Shown piece by piece: positions 16,423-17,741 of a stretch of 17,741 nucleotides of DNA. The stretch lies in contig JAPLDX010000117.1 of the NCBI GenBank assembly GCA_026391215.1, forward strand, positions 1-17,741. The letters are read 5' to 3'. The notes under the pieces are model-generated. The model was not told the DNA's origin, made no database searches, and saw only the letters and a list, made by a program, of their open reading frames with translations. The stretch is from Bacteroidia bacterium (GTDB lineage: Bacteria; Bacteroidota; Bacteroidia; Bacteroidales; VadinHA17). A program made the position numbers and the translations under genes. The first letter of the stretch is position 1. Every line of letters starts with the position of its first letter.

Positions 16423-17694
16423 TCACTGCGGTTGCCAGATACGGAATTCCCCGCTGCAGTGAAGCATTGCCATCAGGTACAGCAATCCATCATAATACCT
16501 TTCATTGAATGCAGATGGTATTGGTGTATTCCACAGTGCTTCAGTGAATTCCTTTGCCAGTGGATGTGTGGCTGCCAGACTGACAATTGCATTTGTTGCT
16601 ATAAGACCTTTTGCATGGTTATTATCAAGAAGCTTTCCATCCAGTGTGTACTGGGTTCCATATGTATCCATCCCTTGAGAAGCAAAGAATGACTGGATCC
16701 TGTTGCTCAGTTCCTGCTGCCGGGGATCCTTGTGCCACCACGACCAGTCGACTGCCCAGTTCATCTGGGTCCGGCGCGCATCGAACGAAAAATTGACTGA
16801 TCGTTGGTTGAATCGGGATGCATACGGTGTACCGTCAAAATTGGCATAATCGGGAGCAAGCCCTGTTACCGGATGTGTTGTCTTTTGAAAGAAATCGCGA
16901 CTTGCAGCAGCTGTCCTGGACCAAAACCCGCGGTCCTTTTCTGGTCCCCACAATGCCCACAGGTCGTAGAATGCAGGTAAATGATATGAAGGATCTGTAA
17001 ATCCCCAGCTCCCGCTGTCGGGAACAAACCTGATCATGAATTTATCTTCTTCCACCATAGGCCCGACGACTCTGGGTCCGAATTTTGTCTGGCCACGCTT
17101 GACAGGATGATGCCGCATTGCAGTCAGAATCCTGTCGGCCCACGCCTTGTAATCATAGATGCCTTCCCCATCACCCCATCGGTGTGAGGCAAAGTAAAGC
17201 GCCATCACAATGTATTCTTCACCGTCAGGGGCTGCTGTTTCGGAATTGGGAGTTCCGTCGCGCTTCAACGACCACGAGAAGTACCCCTCCGTCGGATGTT
17301 CAGGTGAGCTGATATACATATATGTCGTCGCCCAGTTCCATATAGCATCAAACTCAGCTTTCCTGTCCAGCTGAACAGCTATCATCATGCCATAGGATAT
17401 CCCTTCGCTTCTGACATCATTATGAAGGACATCGCTCACATAGGCCAGAAGGCCATTTTGATTGCGGCCAGACTCAAAATAAACAGCCTGGGTTGCTGAG
17501 TCGCCATGAAACAGCTGTTGAAAAGCGCTTTCTATCCTGGCTGAGATCTCTTTTTCTGAATGGCCGTACTCCAGGAAAAGGTTCCTGTATTTCCCGGTAT
17601 AAAATGCACCTTCCGGAGTTAACTTTTTCTGCCCGCAGGCACCGTTAAGCAGAGACAGACAAAAAATCAAACAAAACAATTTCAGCTTTGTCAT
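16423..17694 (-). CDS. Glycoside hydrolase family 8, similar to reducing-end xylose-releasing exo-oligoxylanase (Rex), with a signal peptide
   Basis: 423 aa with TGKYRNLF, DVRSEGISYGMM (catalytic acid Glu), APDGEEY, FTDPSYHLPAFY, TGLAPDYA, FSFDARR (catalytic base Asp), RYYDGLLY and SGEFRIW. Confidence 0.9.
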   Translation of the reverse strand: MTKLKLFCLIFCLSLLNGACGQKKLTPEGAFYTGKYRNLFLEYGHSEKEISARIESAFQQLFHGDSATQAVYFESGRNQNGLLAYVSDVLHNDVRSEGISYGMMIAVQLDRKAEFDAIWNWATTYMYISSPEHPTEGYFSWSLKRDGTPNSETAAPDGEEYIVMALYFASHRWGDGEGIYDYKAWADRILTAMRHHPVKRGQTKFGPRVVGPMVEEDKFMIRFVPDSGSWGFTDPSYHLPAFYDLWALWGPEKDRGFWSRTAAASRDFFQKTTHPVTGLAPDYANFDGTPYASRFNQRSVNFSFDARRTQMNWAVDWSWWHKDPRQQELSNRIQSFFASQGMDTYGTQYTLDGKLLDNNHAKGLIATNAIVSLAATHPLAKEFTEALWNTPIPSAFNERYYDGLLYLMAMLHCSGEFRIWQPQ

Positions 17695-17741
17695 GATTAC
17701 ATTATTAGAAGTGATTATTTTTCTATTCTTTTATAACTTTA

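Noticed and set aside
2633-17312. Remaining short ORF-track entries nested in or antisense to long genes (for example 4473-4769, 4948-5280, 7344-7673, 11167-11460, 14962-15234, 16432-16692)
   Set aside because: They lie largely or fully within well-supported CDS, with no recognisable motifs or independent start signals.

Overview
A gene-dense chromosomal window, most likely from a Bacteroidota (probably Bacteroidales) bacterium. This is inferred from exact TAnnTTTG -7 promoter boxes, A-rich start contexts without obvious Shine-Dalgarno sites, and many lipoprotein, Sec and Tat signal peptides. It holds 16 CDS (one truncated), mostly exported or periplasmic catabolic functions: two lipoprotein gluzincin metallopeptidases flanking a Tat-exported Gfo/Idh/MocA oxidoreductase and TIM-barrel pair, an aldehyde dehydrogenase, a beta-lactamase-fold serine hydrolase, GH30 and GH8 (Rex-like) glycosidases, a double-thioredoxin-fold redoxin, a second Tat TIM-barrel protein, and several DUF proteins. 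I saw no rRNA, tRNA, CRISPR array, transposase or phage gene. The most notable items are the peptidase-oxidoreductase-TIM barrel-peptidase operon (including a 680-aa gluzincin I could not place in a characterised family), an inverted pair of REP-like hairpins with a compensatory base-pair change at 16356-16417, and a probable gene remnant at 7888-8007. All family calls come from motif recognition by eye, not from database searches.
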